Below are positions 38,699 to 53,517 of a DNA stretch of 64,000 nt, one piece after another. Source of the stretch: Octopus vulgaris. Taxonomy: Eukaryota. The stretch is from assembly GCA_951406725.2 (NCBI GenBank), contig OX597822.1:14818001-14882000 (forward strand). Reading direction: 5' to 3'. How positions within the stretch are numbered: position 1 is the first letter of the stretch; each line of letters opens with the position of its first letter. Under the pieces are notes generated by a model, which was not told where the DNA came from, did not search any database, and saw only the letters and a list, made by a program, of their open reading frames with translations. Both the position numbers and the translations under genes were made by a program.

Positions 38699-38995
38699 TA
38701 TGACCATGGATTGCACCTAGAAAGTTACCCTCCGAGGTACAAGTCCGGGCAAGGTTGTTTATGGAAGACCAGCGGTCGCCCATGCATACCGGCATCCCCT
38801 CTCTATGCCACCGATGTTATCCAAGGGAAAGGCAAAGGAACCAATACAGCTTGGGATTTCTACAGCTGAGTGAACTGGAGCAATGTGAAATAAAGTGTCT
38901 TGCTCAAGAACACAACTCGCAGCCCGGTTAGGAATCGAACTCACAACCTCACGATCGTGAGCTCGACGCTCTAACCACTGAGCCATGCGCCTTCA
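38699..38995 (-). mobile_element. Family-C SINE
   Basis: Homologous to 1970-2314. Confidence 0.88.
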
Positions 38996-39469
38996 CACAA
39001 ACACACACACACACACACATATTTATATATACATATATTTACATATATCTATATATGCATATATTTATATATAAGAGAATATAAAAAAGAATGCGTACAT
39101 ATACACATCTATACATATGTATCTATACTTAAAGTTTATGCGTGTGTCTGTATATATATGTGTGTGTATATGTACATTTGGAATGCAATTAAATCTGTTC
39201 ATCTTGTTCCCGCCACCTTTCTTTTGCTATTTACATTCTAAATTATTCGACGCGGGTTCTAATTACTGGCTGGAACCATTCTGTTTCATTTTGTGTTCGA
39301 ATGTTCGATCTGTTGTCTCCTTTGTCTCATAATTCTCAGCTAATGTTTTTGTTTTTTAACTCTGATCAGTCAATTTATTTTCTCCGTTTTCTCATCCGTA
39401 AATCTAATCAATATATATAACACGTTGTCAGCAATACATATTTAATACGCTACAAGTATTTCGATTCTT

Positions 39470-40435
39470 TTATTCATATATTTGTTTCAGTCATTTGACT
39501 GCGACTATGCTGGAGCACCACCTTTAGTCGAACAAATCAGCTTCAGTACTTATTCTTTGTAAGCCTAGTACTCATTCTATAGACCTCTTTTGCCGAAGCG
39601 CTATGTTACGGGGATGTAAATACATCAACATCGGTTGTCGTGCGATGGTGGGACCAAACACAGACACACAAACATATACAAACACACACACATATACGTT
39701 TTGAGTGAGGAGGGCAGTTGATTAGATCGACCCCAGTACGCAACTTGTACTTAATTTATCGACTCTGAAAGGATGAAAGGCAAAGCCGACCTCAGCGAAA
39801 TTTGAAGTCAGACAGACTAAGCAGTTTGGCCGGCGAGCTAACGTTTCTTATTTCTTTATTGCCCACAAGGGCCTAAGCATAGAGGGGACAAACAAGGACA
39901 GACAAAGGGATTATGTTGATTACATCGATCCCAGTGCGTAACTTTATCAACCCCGAAAGGATGAAAGGCAAAGTAGGCCTCGGCGGAATTTGAACTCAGA
40001 ACGTAGCGGCAGACGAAATAATGCTAAGCCTCTCGCCCGGCGTGCTAACGTTTTTGCCAGCTCGTCGCCTAGAATTCAAACATACAGATATGACTCCTGA
40101 ACGAAATAGGGATTTTAGCATTGAATGCAGTACCATTTCTTGTGAAATTAAATGATTCTGCTTAATTGTTTCTTTTCCTTTGTCTCATTCCTCACTTTTC
40201 AATATATTTCAGTAAAACACAAATACTACAAATACCTCTTTCTAATTTCAGCATAAATCTTGAAATTTTGGAGAAGGGAGCAGGTTCATTACATCGACTC
40301 GAGCACTTAACTGGTTGTTATACCATCGACCCCAAAAGACGAAATGCAAAGTGGACCTCGGCGGAATTCGAACTCAGAAAGGAACGACAGACACATGCCG
40401 CTAAGCATTTTGTTCGACGCGTTAACGATTCTCGC
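39470..40435 (-). mobile_element. SINE cluster: family-B 3' half (39470-39695), dimeric family A (39700-40070), degenerate family A (40260-40435)
   Basis: Homology to full copies elsewhere in the window. Confidence 0.8.
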
Positions 40436-41017
40436 CACGTTTACCGCTACAAATATCACTTCTGCTCTAGTGAACTACTGAGACTTCTTTCGACTACAAC
40501 AACTCGTTTCACTCAAATTGCTAATTTAAAACCCCTGCCTTAGTTCATTCACTTTGTATATTTTCCTGATTTTGGTGAGCATAAGAGTTAAGTTTTGCCC
40601 TTTGCTCTCTTCTTTCTATGTATCCATTACTTACTTGTCCTCCCCTCCAATAACGCCCCTTGTTAAATACTTGATACTGTTACTTCATTTCTCCCAAAGC
40701 TTCTGCATAAACGTGTCATCCACACGTCATCCGGACATCTTGTCACAAGTTTGATCTCATTTTTATGAACAGAGACATTGAAAACAAACTCCAATGAGAT
40801 CATAATAACATTGTCTCTTTAATTATTACAAAACAAAACAAAATGGAAATATAATCACTCCACATAGCAAGAAATAATTACCAGCTTCAATGAACGAGAA
40901 CAGAAGATAAAGAGCAAAGTCAAAGTCTACAAATGGAAGCCCTAATCACGGAGGATCACTTTTGATGAACACATCTGCAATACGCTTTATCTTTTATCGT
41001 ATATTTCTTTCAGTCAT

Positions 41018-41078
<61 letters not shown>

Positions 41079-41403
41079 AAATAATTCCAGAACTACTTAA
41101 CTCCCTTACAAATAATCTTTTTTCTCATGAACTATTAGACCTGACACCGTGTATTAGCCGGTGTTTTTCAAACGATTAATAGCTTTGTGTAAACCATGGT
41201 CCGTTTTGTTCTCTTACTTTATTATCATCTCATAATAATGACTTTTATGAATCGTATTACCACCTCAGTCAATCTAAATGTATATATTTGTCGTTACCTG
41301 TCATAAATAGCTTTTTTTTTTATCTGCAATGAGGATTTTCGTTGATTTTTCATATTTGACCCTTACATTTCCACATGTATTTTATATTTTCTTTTTTGTA
41401 ACA

Positions 41404-41452
<49 letters not shown>

Positions 41453-41767
41453 GACAGGGATGACCACTATGTGGACAACCCTTATGCTAGAAGAAAATCC
41501 GCTATGGTCTTACAACTAAGAAGTGTTCTCAAGAAAATTTTGCAAACACGAGAACGTAAGACAAATGAAAAGTAACAAAAATATAGATTAATCACAAACA
41601 ATGTTTCACTATCAACAGATTACGTAACTTTACTTACGCAATTTGTCCGTAGATCTTTTGGTCATCCCTCTCAATTTAATACAATTTACTGAACCTTCAG
41701 TTTTTAATATGCTGGTTTTAAATTGACGTTAATCAATTTAATATCCAAATTTTCACCCTCATTTTAA

Positions 41768-41823
<56 letters not shown>

Positions 41824-42479
41824 CATACATATATAATTATATTATATATATATAGATGCATATCAATACATACACGACGAGCTTCGATACAGTTTTTACA
41901 GTGTACTTAATTCACTCACATGACTTTGCTGTACGAAGTTATAATAGAAGATCAACGGTGTTGCAAGGGAAGGGGGTCCTTATACTCCTAGCCTCGCTTG
42001 CACCTATTTCCATGCGTCGCCTATACCAAAAAATGCCATATAATATATGGCCTTTTTCTTCAGTATTAAGAATGAAGAGCAAAGGTCATCCCTCCCCAAC
42101 AGCTACTGCAGATTTTAGGTAAGATAAAAGTATTACTCCACACCTGGGGTGCTGCTGCTGCTGCTGCTGCTAGACACATCTAGGCCAAACTTAGACTGTG
42201 TCTCAAGAAATGGAACACGACTGATAAAGATGAAATCGAGCTGCCAACCAACCATCGCAACACAACATCTGACACACATATACACCGTTTTACCCCTCTG
42301 ATTAGATTACTTACACAAAAGTTCCTAAAATCTGACCGATGTTACGTTACTCAGACTTAACATTTCTGTAATTTCAAATTCTTTTTGTCCTTTGTTCGGC
42401 TTAAAGAAATACCTCCATGTAGTGTAATAAGTAAATAGGCTAAACAGAATACATCGTATATGTCAGTGACTAAACTGAA

Positions 42480-43321
42480 GATTCTTCTGTTAAGTGTTCC
42501 AGTTGGTCCGCTCAATGAAACAGCCTGCACGTGAAATTAACGTGCAAGTGGTTGAGCACACCACAGACACGCCTACACTTAGTGTAGTTTTCAAGGAGAT
42601 TCAGTATGACACAATGTGACACGGCTGACTCTTTGAAATACATGTACCACTCACTTTTTGCCAGTTGAGAGGAGCAAGGTGAAGTAAAGCACCTTGCTCA
42701 AGGACACAAAGCGTTGCATAAAGCGAACTTCCAACCATACGATCGTGAGCTCGAATACACTGACCCTTAAGCCATACTCCTTCACAACATGGCAACAAGT
42801 TAAATTTAAAAGGGAATAGTGGAATACATGGAGTCGTGGCACTCCGTCGGTTACGACGACGAGGGTTCCATTTGATCTGATCAACGGAACAGCCTGCTCG
42901 TGAAATTAACGTGCAAGTGGCTGAGAACTCCACAGACACGAGTACTCTTAACGTAGTTCTCGGGGAGATTCGGCGTGACACAGAGTGTACAACAGAAACA
43001 GGAAGAAAGAGTGAGAGAAAGTTGTAGTGAAAGAATATAGCAGGGTTCGCTACCACCCACTGCCGGAGCAAGGTGTTTTCGCTCAATAAACACTCACAAC
43101 GCCCTGCCTGGGAATGGAAACCGCGATCCCACTGTGAGTCCACTGCCTAACCACTAGGCCATTGCGCCTCCACTGAAGTAGAATAATCAAATGTGGAATG
43201 TTTACATACAGGCGCAGGAGTGGCTGTGTGGTAAGTAGCTTGTTTACCAACCACATGGTTCTGGGTTCAGTCCCACTGTATGGCACCTTGGGCAGGCTTT
43301 GTGAGTGGATTTGGCAGACAG

Positions 43322-43325
<4 letters not shown>
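42480..43325. mobile_element. Nested SINE cluster: duplicated body 42480-42660 and 42830-42990, tRNA head 42660-42785 (minus), family D 42995-43173 (minus), family B head 43209-43325 (plus)
   Basis: Repeated GAAATTAACGTGCAAGTGG block and recognisable heads. Confidence 0.8.
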
Positions 43326-43371
<46 letters not shown>

Positions 43372-43677
43372 CCCAAGAGAGTTAGGGGTTGTGAATCCAA
43401 CCAACTAAGGGATAATATCTATCCAATATACTGCTGGTAGAAGACCGAATTATTAATACACAAGTGTGTTTTATTGCGTGGCAATTACATTACCGAGTGT
43501 AATAAATGGGTGAAGGTAAAGAGATATTTTACCTTTAATTTATAGAGCAATAAGAAAATGGAGGCTATCAAGAGGCAACCTTCATCAACTTTTAGACATT
43601 ATATTATGTCTATTTATTTTTTGGAACAAATTTTCTTGTTGCCGTATATATATCTATATATCTATATATGTGTGTGC

Positions 43678-43735
<58 letters not shown>

Positions 43736-43924
43736 TCTTTTACTTTTTTCAGTCAGCTGACTACGGCCATGCTGAAGCACCACCTCTGCACTTATTTTTT
43801 GTAAGCCTAGTGCTTATTCTATCGGTCTCTTTACCGAAGCGCTAATTTACGGGGACATAAGCACACCAGCATCGGTCGTCAAGCGATGGCGGTGGGACAA
43901 ACACAGGCACACACACACACCTGA

Positions 43925-43962
<38 letters not shown>

Positions 43963-44685
43963 TGGGCTTCTTTTAGCTTCCGTCTACAAAATCCACTCAC
44001 AGGGCTTTGGTTGGTCTGAGGCTAGAGTATGTACCTAGAACCATGTGGTTGGTAAGCAAGCTTCTTACCACACAGCCACACACATATATGTATGTTTGTA
44101 TATATGTATGCATGTATGTGTGTGTGCGTGCGTGTGTGTGTGTGTGTGTTTGTGTGTGTGTGACTGTCCCCAATGCTTCACAACCGGTCTTGGTTTCTTT
44201 ATGTTCCCGTAACTTGGCTGTTCGGCATAAAGCGATAAATAGAATAAGACCAGACATGAATTTGTTTGACTTAACATGACAAGGCGTTGCCACAGCGTGG
44301 CCGCAGTCCAAAGATTGACAAAGAAAAATATCAGCGATATTTTAAAATATAATGTTTAGATTGCACCCTTTTTGATGGAAGTTATGAAAAGAATTTGCTT
44401 AGCGCTGGTTTCGGGCTGGAGTAGATCAAAAGGGAAACTTCAGCGGCATCCAGTGGCACCCGATTTTCGTACGGAGATGGAAAGGTGGCGAACTGGCAGA
44501 ATCGTTAGCACGCCGGGCGAATTGCTTAGCGGTGTTTCGTCTGCCGCTACGTTCTGAGTTCAAATTCTTTGTCTTTCATCCTTTCGGGGTCGATAAATTA
44601 AGTATCAGTTGCGTACTGGGGCCGATCTAATCGACTGGCCCCCTCCCCAAAAATTTCGGGCCTTGTGTATTGAGTAGAAAAGAAC
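43736..44685. mobile_element. SINE cluster: family B minus (43736-44080), family B 3' half plus (44160-44320), family A plus (44483-44685)
   Basis: Homology to full copies. Confidence 0.8.
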
Positions 44686-46762
44686 GGTACGTAGATTGAT
44701 AGTTCATTGCAGAGAGCTTTTGAGAAGTATTTGGAGAGGTAGGCTTAAAAATAGACAATGTCTGTGTGTGCCAGTCAAATAACTGATGTTTTATTTTTGG
44801 TATCGTCTGTTTGTGTGCGCTGAGACTGGTCAGTTTAGAATACGTAAGCAACAGCCCACAGAATCAGTGTAGGGCATCATGAAATTGATGAGAACTGATG
44901 TTGTTTCGAGTTTTGAAGAGAATATCTAGTCTTCTAGGTTTGAGTTTTTGGCAACGTCCTATGTGTCAGTTTGTTATGAGAGGCCATGAGGGACTGCAGC
45001 CGTAATCATTTGAAGCGACATCGATATGTTTGTTCCTGTGGTTTCCATGCAAAATGGCATTGAAGTACAATGCCATTTCCTCGGTGTATTGTGGAAGTGA
45101 ACATCCTGGAATTTCAACTCTATGAAAGGCAGGAGCGAAAGTTGGTTAGCATTAATTGGAAACATGATATCGTTACCTGATTTTGTTACACGAAGGACGA
45201 CAAATTAACACCTGGTAAAATTGACTGTCATTTTCAAGCTGAAAATAAACATCACCACTCGATCCCTTGACTCTTACGTGGTTTATGGGTGTCAATTAAC
45301 GCAGAATAAATTGATCACATTTCCTTTATCTTGTAAAAAATAATGGTTCTATTTTTTAAAATCCCGACTGACTAAAAGAACGAATTTACGTATTAATACG
45401 GACAGTAAAATGAGTTATTACACAAATTAAACCCAATCAATTGATATATTAGTAGCAGGTCTTATCAGTCGGTTCGATAACATCAATAAAATCGTTCGAA
45501 AAACTAAAACATAAATGAGCTGAAAATTACATCAATGTTTAAAACGCAGACATGTTTTTTTTTTATTTGAGTAATCTAAAATCTATCTCTATACACGCTG
45601 TTAGCTATTTAGTATTTATGTATGTAGATGTCTTTCTCAGTATCACTTTCTCTCCCTCCTTCCCCCTCTCTGCCTCTTTTCTCCTCTCTTTCTATATATG
45701 TACACATACATATAAATATATATATATGTATATATGTGTGTATGCATATATACATATTTATATACATACATGCATTGATATATATATATATATATGCATT
45801 GCTATATACATATATATATATATATATGTGTGTGTATGTGTGTGTGTGTGTGTGTATGTGTGTGTGTGTGTGTGTGTTTGTGTATGTGTGTGTGTGCATC
45901 TAAAGATAACGAATAGATAAATGGATTGATAATATGTAAATAAAAATAGACCATAACAGACATAATTGGAATCGACTTTTCAATATATAAGTGCATATAT
46001 ATATATATATACATTTTTAAACACACTCGCACATTAGATAACAAATATATGCTTATATATGTGTGTGTGTATTTAGATAAATACATACATACACTCTAGA
46101 CTAAGATGCAGACACACAGCAGTAGAGCAAGATATATGTATTGTGACAAGGTTATATGCGTAGATCAATCGATAGTTTAAACAAAGAAGACCAGAATACA
46201 AAGAATAGCGCCATAGGCGGGAGAGAAATCGAACTAGAAATAAAGAAGACGTGAGAAAATGAGAGAGAGAAGAGGAGGTGGGTGAATCTGGAAAAGAATC
46301 TATCCAGAGTGAGCTTTATTGAAGGAGACAACACCACTGGAGTTTCGAATGTCGTGTAGATAGGACATAATTATGATACAGTCAGAATTTGTTTCAAATC
46401 TTTATAGCTTTGGTTTTCTAACAATTTCCTTTTGTTTCATTAACACCAAAGACTGGTAATATCAATTTCACACGTAGTTAAGTTTCTTCTGTTATATTTA
46501 ATTTGTAGTTGAAGTCACAATGCATTGGTGTTGTTAATGATATTAACTGGAAACAGCTCACCGGAATTCCGTGGCCGTATTCTTATTTCTAAAACGCAAA
46601 TATATTCAAAAGAAATACCGAATGCATTTGATACTCTGTGTCATTATTTAAGCGGTTGGCAGCATTGTTTCGTTAACTTTTAAATACTGTAAGACTTAGA
46701 TTAAGAATTAGATTAAGAATTAGCGACGACAACTGGGCGAATAAAGTGTGATTAAAGTTTCT

Positions 46763-47435
46763 TGTGGAGGCGCGTGGCTTACCGGTTAGGGTGCTGGATT
46801 CATGATCGTAAGATTGTTGTTTCGTTTCCAGGACCGAGTGACGCGTTGTATTCTTGAGCAAAATACATCATTTCACATGGCTTTAGTCTAGCCAGACGCC
46901 AAAAAGGACTAATTTTGCGACGCACTGGTGTCTCGTCTCGGTGGTGAATGTATAAGCCATGGAAACCCGGAAATCATTGCTACGAGTCTATATGCCTCGG
47001 GAAGGAACTTTATATCTGCTTTTCCTGCCGGAATCCTTGACTGGAGAATATCCACTTTTGCATTGAAGATACCTAAATCCACAACATGGAGCATCATCAG
47101 GCTTTTCGAAACGATGTTGAGAGTCATTATATCGACCCCAGTGGTCAGGAGGTACTTAATTTATCGGCCCCGAAGGGATGAAAGGCAAAGTTGATCTCAG
47201 CGGAATTTGAACTCAGAACATAAACACAGACGAAATGCCGCTAAGAATTTTGCCTGGCGTGCAAATGATTTTGCCAGCTCGCCGTCTCTGTTACACACAC
47301 ACACACACACACATACACAGGGGGAGTGTGGCCTAGTGGTTAAAAAATTGCACTCATCATCTAAAATTGTGGTTTCGATTCCTGGATTGGGCGATGCGTT
47401 GTATTCTTGAGCAAAACACTTCATTTCACGTTGGC
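46763..47435. mobile_element. SINE cluster: tRNA-head SINE plus (from 46763), family A minus (47130-47285), tRNA head plus (47320-47435)
   Basis: tRNA-like heads and TTCTTGAGCAAAACAC.TCATTTCAC body. Confidence 0.7.
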
Positions 47436-48528
47436 TTTTTTTATGTCCCGTACCGGGACACACAGAGGGAACAATACAGTAAAAGATGTGAGACATAAAG
47501 CAAATAAAATAAAACAAAATTGTAGGTTATAAAACAAGAGAACACGAATAAGAAAAATGTAAATGGAACCACTCGCCCCACTCACGGGTGGCCTCATTTT
47601 CTACCTTTTGAACCCTGATCTTTGCAAAAGATCAATTCCCGTCTCCTCTAACCACCTATTGTATGTTGTAACACCTGGGAGTGAGTTCCAGCTGCAGTCC
47701 ACCTCCCCAAAACTAAATCCGACATCAAATGCAAGTATTTTGCCCTCCTACTTCTTATCGGGTACCATACACTTGTGATATCCCTCAATGGTATCAAACC
47801 CAGTAGTTTCAACACACTTTATATCCCGTGTCACCATTTCATTTAACAGTTCATCACTAAACATGTACAGTTTCCATTTTTTCCGTCTTTTTTGCCATGG
47901 GAGAGGGGTTTAGCGCTTCTTTGTGCGTGTTTGTTTTTTGTTTCTGTGCCGGATGGGAATAGGTAAGCTTGGTGACTGCAGGGAAAGGGTGGGTCTAAAA
48001 ACACTTCATTTCACGTTGTTACAATCCACTCTCCTGGCACAAATGAGCAATCCTGCGACGGATTGGCGTCCCATCCAGGTGTATAATTATGCCATGGAAA
48101 CCGGCCTAGCATTGCTCGGGAAGGAAATATTTATTATTTTATTTTTAAGTATCTTGTAGTGAATAATTATGTTCCTTTATGTTATGAGTTCAAATCCCGC
48201 TGAGGTCACATCTCTGAATATAAAATAATATCAGTCAATTCTATCAACTATACGGCTCCTTTGCAATTTGTGGATTAGTGTCAATTGTTTAAAACCTTGT
48301 GCATCAGTAGCTGATGGTGTGTAGTAAAGTGGCAGAATCTCTAAAATCCTACGAAAAATTATTTGCAATAGTCATCCTAATTCTTCGACTTGAGTTCAAA
48401 TCCCGGCAAGGTAAACTTTACCTTTCAAACGTGTCTAGGGTCGATATCACGTTAGGCTGAAAGGTTAGAGTATCACACGAAATGCCTTGTAGAAAACTTT
48501 CCCAGTTGCATTTCAAGTTAATATCTCG

Positions 48529-48569
<41 letters not shown>

Positions 48570-48575
<6 letters not shown>

Positions 48576-49453
48576 CATGCAGGCAATAAATAGACACCTT
48601 TAATTTTGAAAATTTCTGATCAAAGTGTCTTAATATGTTTTCAGCGGAGTAGAATTTACAATGTAATTATTCTTTTTCATTCCAGGTGCCATTATATTAA
48701 ACATTTGCAAAGAGTAACCATGCGACGCATGGTTTTCAAAAAGGTCGTATTGTTGGGCAATCTGAAGCTGGTCCAAGCCAGCGAAAAATTGCCAAAAGTC
48801 TTCAAATTCCTCTTGCTACTGTTAATAGAATTATAGTGCAATTCAAAAGCCAAGGAAAAGAATCAACAGATTCTCGTCCCAGCCGACCTGCGCCCTCGGA
48901 AAGGAAGCTTCGCTGTTTGAAGAGAATTGTGGAAAACGAACCCCGTTCGAAGGTTTCTGACATTGCGAAACGTTAGTCCAAGTTAGTCCAAGAACGTGTG
49001 TTACATATCTGCATAAGCTTGGGTACTATGGACGAGCAGCTAGAGGAAAACCTCTCCTTCAACCAATTAATATCAAGAAAAGAAAGAAATGGGCAAAGGA
49101 GATGTCAGAAAAATCCAGTTCATTTTGGGATAGAGTGATTTTATCAGATGAATCCAGATTTGCATTATTTTCAGACAGTGGATGTGTTTGGGTCTGGAGG
49201 CTTCCCAGTCAATAATTTGATTTGAAACGTCTCCAACCAACAATGAAACATGGCGGTATCTCAGTAATGGTATGGGGAGCTGTCACCAGCAATGGTCGTT
49301 CCGAGCTGATCGAATGTGTTGGAACCATAAACTCTGAAAAATACATCGAAATACTTAAGCAAGGACTATTTCCGATGTATTCATACGATTACATAACGAA
49401 AAATGAGTTTTTATTCATGGAAGATGGGGCTCCATGCCACACTGCGAAAATGA
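48570..49453 (+). mobile_element. Truncated Tc1-like transposon with decayed transposase
   Basis: Begins after (TA)n. HTH region (FQKGRIVG...[20 protein letters not shown]), [39 protein letters not shown]. Third catalytic residue and right TIR are missing. Confidence 0.9.
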
Positions 49454-49711
49454 AGATATAAGACTAAAAGCTGTCGCTGATTAGCTCCATGAGGCCATCG
49501 CCTTAAGATAACTATATGACACACAAACTGTGTCCATTAGAACCTTCGAACAAGGGAGGTCAGCCGCCGTCTGTAGCTGTCTGACTAGCAGTGTGAAGCG
49601 GCTGACCTCCCTTGTTCGAAGGTTATAATGGACACAGTTTGTGTGTCATATAGCTATCTTAAGGCGATGGCCTCATGGAGCTAATCAGCGACAGCTTTTA
49701 GTCTTATATCT
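49454..49711. repeat. Long inverted repeat: 114-bp arms, 30-nt loop
   Basis: 49454-49567 is the reverse complement of 49598-49711, with about two mismatches by eye. Confidence 0.95.
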
Positions 49712-49803
49712 ATAAGATTGCCATATTAATATGGCGATAACAATTAATTTCCAGTAACGCTGTCGTAATCTCTTTTGCAGAGACTTAGTAATTTTAATAT
49801 TTC

Positions 49804-49853
<50 letters not shown>

Positions 49854-51040
49854 GTATGTATATATGTACATGTATGTATGTATATATGTACACTCACAAT
49901 CGTATGTACATACAGTGAAAATATTTGTATTCGTATTTTTGCTGGTCTCTGATAAACAAACAACCAATGTTATTTATTCGCCGCCATCTTGAAAGATGAT
50001 TCGTTTTTAAACATATATTTCTATTTGTAAATATGTACTGGAACTATTCGCTGTCAGTTGCTTTATCATCGTGTTTATTCAATGTTCGCTGTCATTTAAC
50101 ATCTTCTGTTATCTCTCTCCCTGTATTTTTTTAATGAAGAACATTGGGTAATATTTCTTGTGAATGACAATTTTTGTGAATGTATGTCTTTCTGTCGAAG
50201 AGAAAACCACGTAAAGATATCAAATATAAAAGACACAAAAAGCGTAGCCTTTGGTTGCTTCCGCTTTGCTGCTGGTGTAAATTCGAGAATTCTATATGAA
50301 GTAGGATGGCTTCTGTTATTTTCCGATAGATTTTGTTTCTTTCCAAATATATAATGCGTTTATTCCTCTGCAGCTTCTTCAGGGTTTTCACTTTTAGTTT
50401 TTCATTTGTGTATGCGCTTATGTCTTTCACTTAGTGTGTGCATGTGTATGTGTATTTGTATGGGTGTACGCGAATCAGTGATGGATTTCTCTAGAAGTGT
50501 GTTGTGAGCTTTTGCTTAAGCTTGAGCGCGATTAAGAATTGATTGTGAGATGCATTAATTCACATACATTTAAGTGTGGACAAGTATGTGTTTTAAATAC
50601 ATGCAGAAGTATAAGTATGTGTTAAATGGAAAGTGAAGGAGTGAAGATAATCCGGAACAGGAGCCACAAAAAGGAGAAATGAGAGGGTGTGGGAGGGAAA
50701 GAAACAAAGTGAGGTAAGGAGAGAGAGAGAGAAGGAGTGAAAGAGAGAAGGAGAGAAGGAAAGAGAGGGAGAGTTTCACGAAAAGAAATCATCTTAAAGT
50801 TATGGTCTTGGAATTGGTAGCTAGCGATACATTTGAGAGGCATCAGATTGAATTTTTATAGAATATTTAGCAGATTCAATGAAATCTTTGCATGCTTCTT
50901 AACTTAGCTTACCAACCACAGAATCGTAGTGGAAAATGGATCTTGAAAATAAAATAAGAGACCTCAATGTTGTACAGCATGAGCTCTGGTATTCTGCTAT
51001 CTCGACAGTCTGAAGCGTCAACATATTCATAGAAGAGGTC

Positions 51041-51170
51041 TATTCTGCCGAGGTCGACTTTGCCTTTCATCCTTTCGGGGTCGATAAATTAAGTACCAGT
51101 TGCGTACTGGGGTCGATCTAACCACCTCCCCAAAAATTTCGGGCCTTGGCCTAGAGTAGTAGAAAAGAAT
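51041..51170 (+). mobile_element. 5'-truncated family-A SINE with about 18-bp TSD
   Basis: Flanked by ATATTCATAGAAGAGGTC and ATATTCATAAAAGAGGTC. Confidence 0.85.
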
Positions 51171-52486
51171 ATTCATAAAAGAGGTCCTAGAGCAGTGGTT
51201 TTCAACTAATGCCCACATAACCCCTGGAAGTCAATATAAGATTTGGATTTTGTTACTAAAATTTATCTGTAATAAATTGGTTATATTTCTACAATGCACC
51301 AAATATTATAGCAATTTTGTTTCATGCAATTCCTAAAATTTATCTAATCATAAAAATACAGTAAAGTTTTTTGTAACATCGAATGGCTATGTGGTGGATA
51401 ATGGAAATAAAATGACTCAGCCCTCCTTCCGAAACAGAGAAAGCATAGAGGTCCAAACAAACCAGACAAATTATTAAACAGAGATAAAACACAGTGCTGT
51501 AACTGTATGGAATAGGGAAGGGGGAAAATACTTTATCGGAAGAATTCGGACTTCCTTCTGATTACCAGTTTTGGAAACACTGAAAATAAAATATAACAGA
51601 AGCATTGTGGGTGATTCCCAACCTCCTTTAACTCTTCAATTATAACTTGTCTGTTAATCTATATTTTATGGTTTTTGTCAATGAAGATGTACCTGTACTC
51701 TTAACCCTCAGGCTCTGAGGTTGAACAGATCGATGTGATTGATGAATTTGGTGCAGTTACTTGGTGGGCTCCCAAACCATTCCACAAAGGCTAACCACAA
51801 ATTTGCTTTCCGTCAACAAAGTATCCTAGATACATCACACATTTTACTGTCATCACCTTCTCGTCCATTGACCGTACTGGACTCTTTTGCTTTTTCTGCC
51901 ATTTCAGTCTTAGTGGGTGACGCCCTTCCTGCAGCAATTCTTCCGAGATTTCTGACACCCTCTACTTAGTTTTATGCATAAGCCTAAGTAAGGTAGCATC
52001 GTGTGGCTATTGGTGTGCACTACTAGCTTCTGGGAGCCATAAGTGAGAGCTATGCGGCAGTCGGAGTCTAATGCTCTTATCCATGTCTGAATATGCGCGC
52101 TTGACACGTTGAGAGGGGTCTAACTCCTTACGCTCTAAACAAAACACCACGACGCTCAGTTTAATTAACTGAAATTAGAGAGACTTTGCTAAAAAGAAAA
52201 AAAAACGTGAATGTGAAAGGTCAACAAGGAAAACTCGACGGAGTCATAGATCTTCTAGAAATAGCAAGCAAATCTCCCTAAAATCTAAAATTACTGCTAT
52301 AAATAAGAAAGGTACATCGGGTAATATAGTCTTATACCTAAACAGATGGAACGGTCATGGCTGGAATATCAAAAACAGTAAATTTGCTGAATCAGAAAGC
52401 ACTAATAACAACATCAAACGTCGGGGAATAGATAGGTGATGACATGATGAGGTGAAAGAATTAGGTTTAGTTGTTAATCTATGCCT

Positions 52487-52790
52487 GTGGAGGCGCAATG
52501 GCCCAATGGTTAGGGTAGCGGACTCGCGGTCGGAGGATTGCGGTTTCCCAGACCGGGCGTTGTGTGTGTTTATTGAGCGAAAACACATAAAAGCTCCACG
52601 AGCCCCTGGCAGAGGGTGGTGGTGACCCCTGTTGTACTCTTTTGCCACAACTTTCTATCACTCTCTCTTCCTGTTTTTTGAGTAACGCTGCGATGGACTG
52701 GCGTCCCTTCTAGCTGGGGGGAAACACATACGCCACAGAAACCGGGAAACCGGGCCCATGAGCCTGGCTAGGCGTGAAAAGGGCGACGTT
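52487..52790 (+). mobile_element. Family-D SINE
   Basis: tRNA-like head; homologous to 18322-18600. Confidence 0.85.
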
Positions 52791-53095
52791 TATGGTTTTT
52801 TTAAATCTATGCCTATGACTCGAGCGATATGAGGAGAGACAGGTTTGTTAAATGGATTCGGCTAAAAGTTGTACGGAATAAACAAGGAATGATAAGCAGT
52901 GATCACTGTTGCAGTGGTACAAAGAAAGAGAATATTCGGCTAGAAATGCGTTAGTGATTGAGAGATTTCAGTGAAGCGGCTGGATTTCATTAGGATGCTG
53001 TCAAGGATGTGTTTTGTGGTCGAAGCACCGCTGAAAATGTAGGTGTGGCATACCATTGTGTATCTCATATGAATTTTGTAAAAATAACAGTTGTT

Positions 53096-53261
53096 AGGCG
53101 CAGGAGTGGCTGTGTGGTAAGTAGCTTGCTAACCAACCACATGGTTCCAGGTTCAGTCCCACTGCGTGACATCTTGGGCAAGTGTCTTCTGCTATAGCCT
53201 CGGGCCGACCAATGCCTTGTGAGTGGATTTGGTAGACGGAAACTGAAAGAAGCCTGTCGTA

Positions 53262-53294
<33 letters not shown>

Positions 53295-53517
53295 TCGTGT
53301 GTGTGTTTGTGTGTCTGTGTTTGTCCCCCTAGCATTGCTTGACAACCGATGCTGGTGTGTTTACGACCCCGTCACTTAGCGGTTCGGCAAAAGAGACCGA
53401 TAGAATAAGTACTGGGCTTACAAAGAATAAGTCCCGGGGTCGATTTGCTCGACTAAAGGCGGTGCTCCAGCATGGCCGCAGTAAAATGACTGAAACAAGT
53501 AAAAGAGTAAAAGAGAG
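53096..53517 (+). mobile_element. Full-length family-B SINE
   Basis: tRNA head, internal (TA)n(TG)n, and tail GACTGAAACAAGTAAAAGAGTAAAAGAG. Confidence 0.92.

Noticed and set aside
38416-38869. YIYI/CVCV/HTHT-type ORFs here and throughout the window
   Set aside because: Translations of (TA)n, (TG)n and (CA)n microsatellites.
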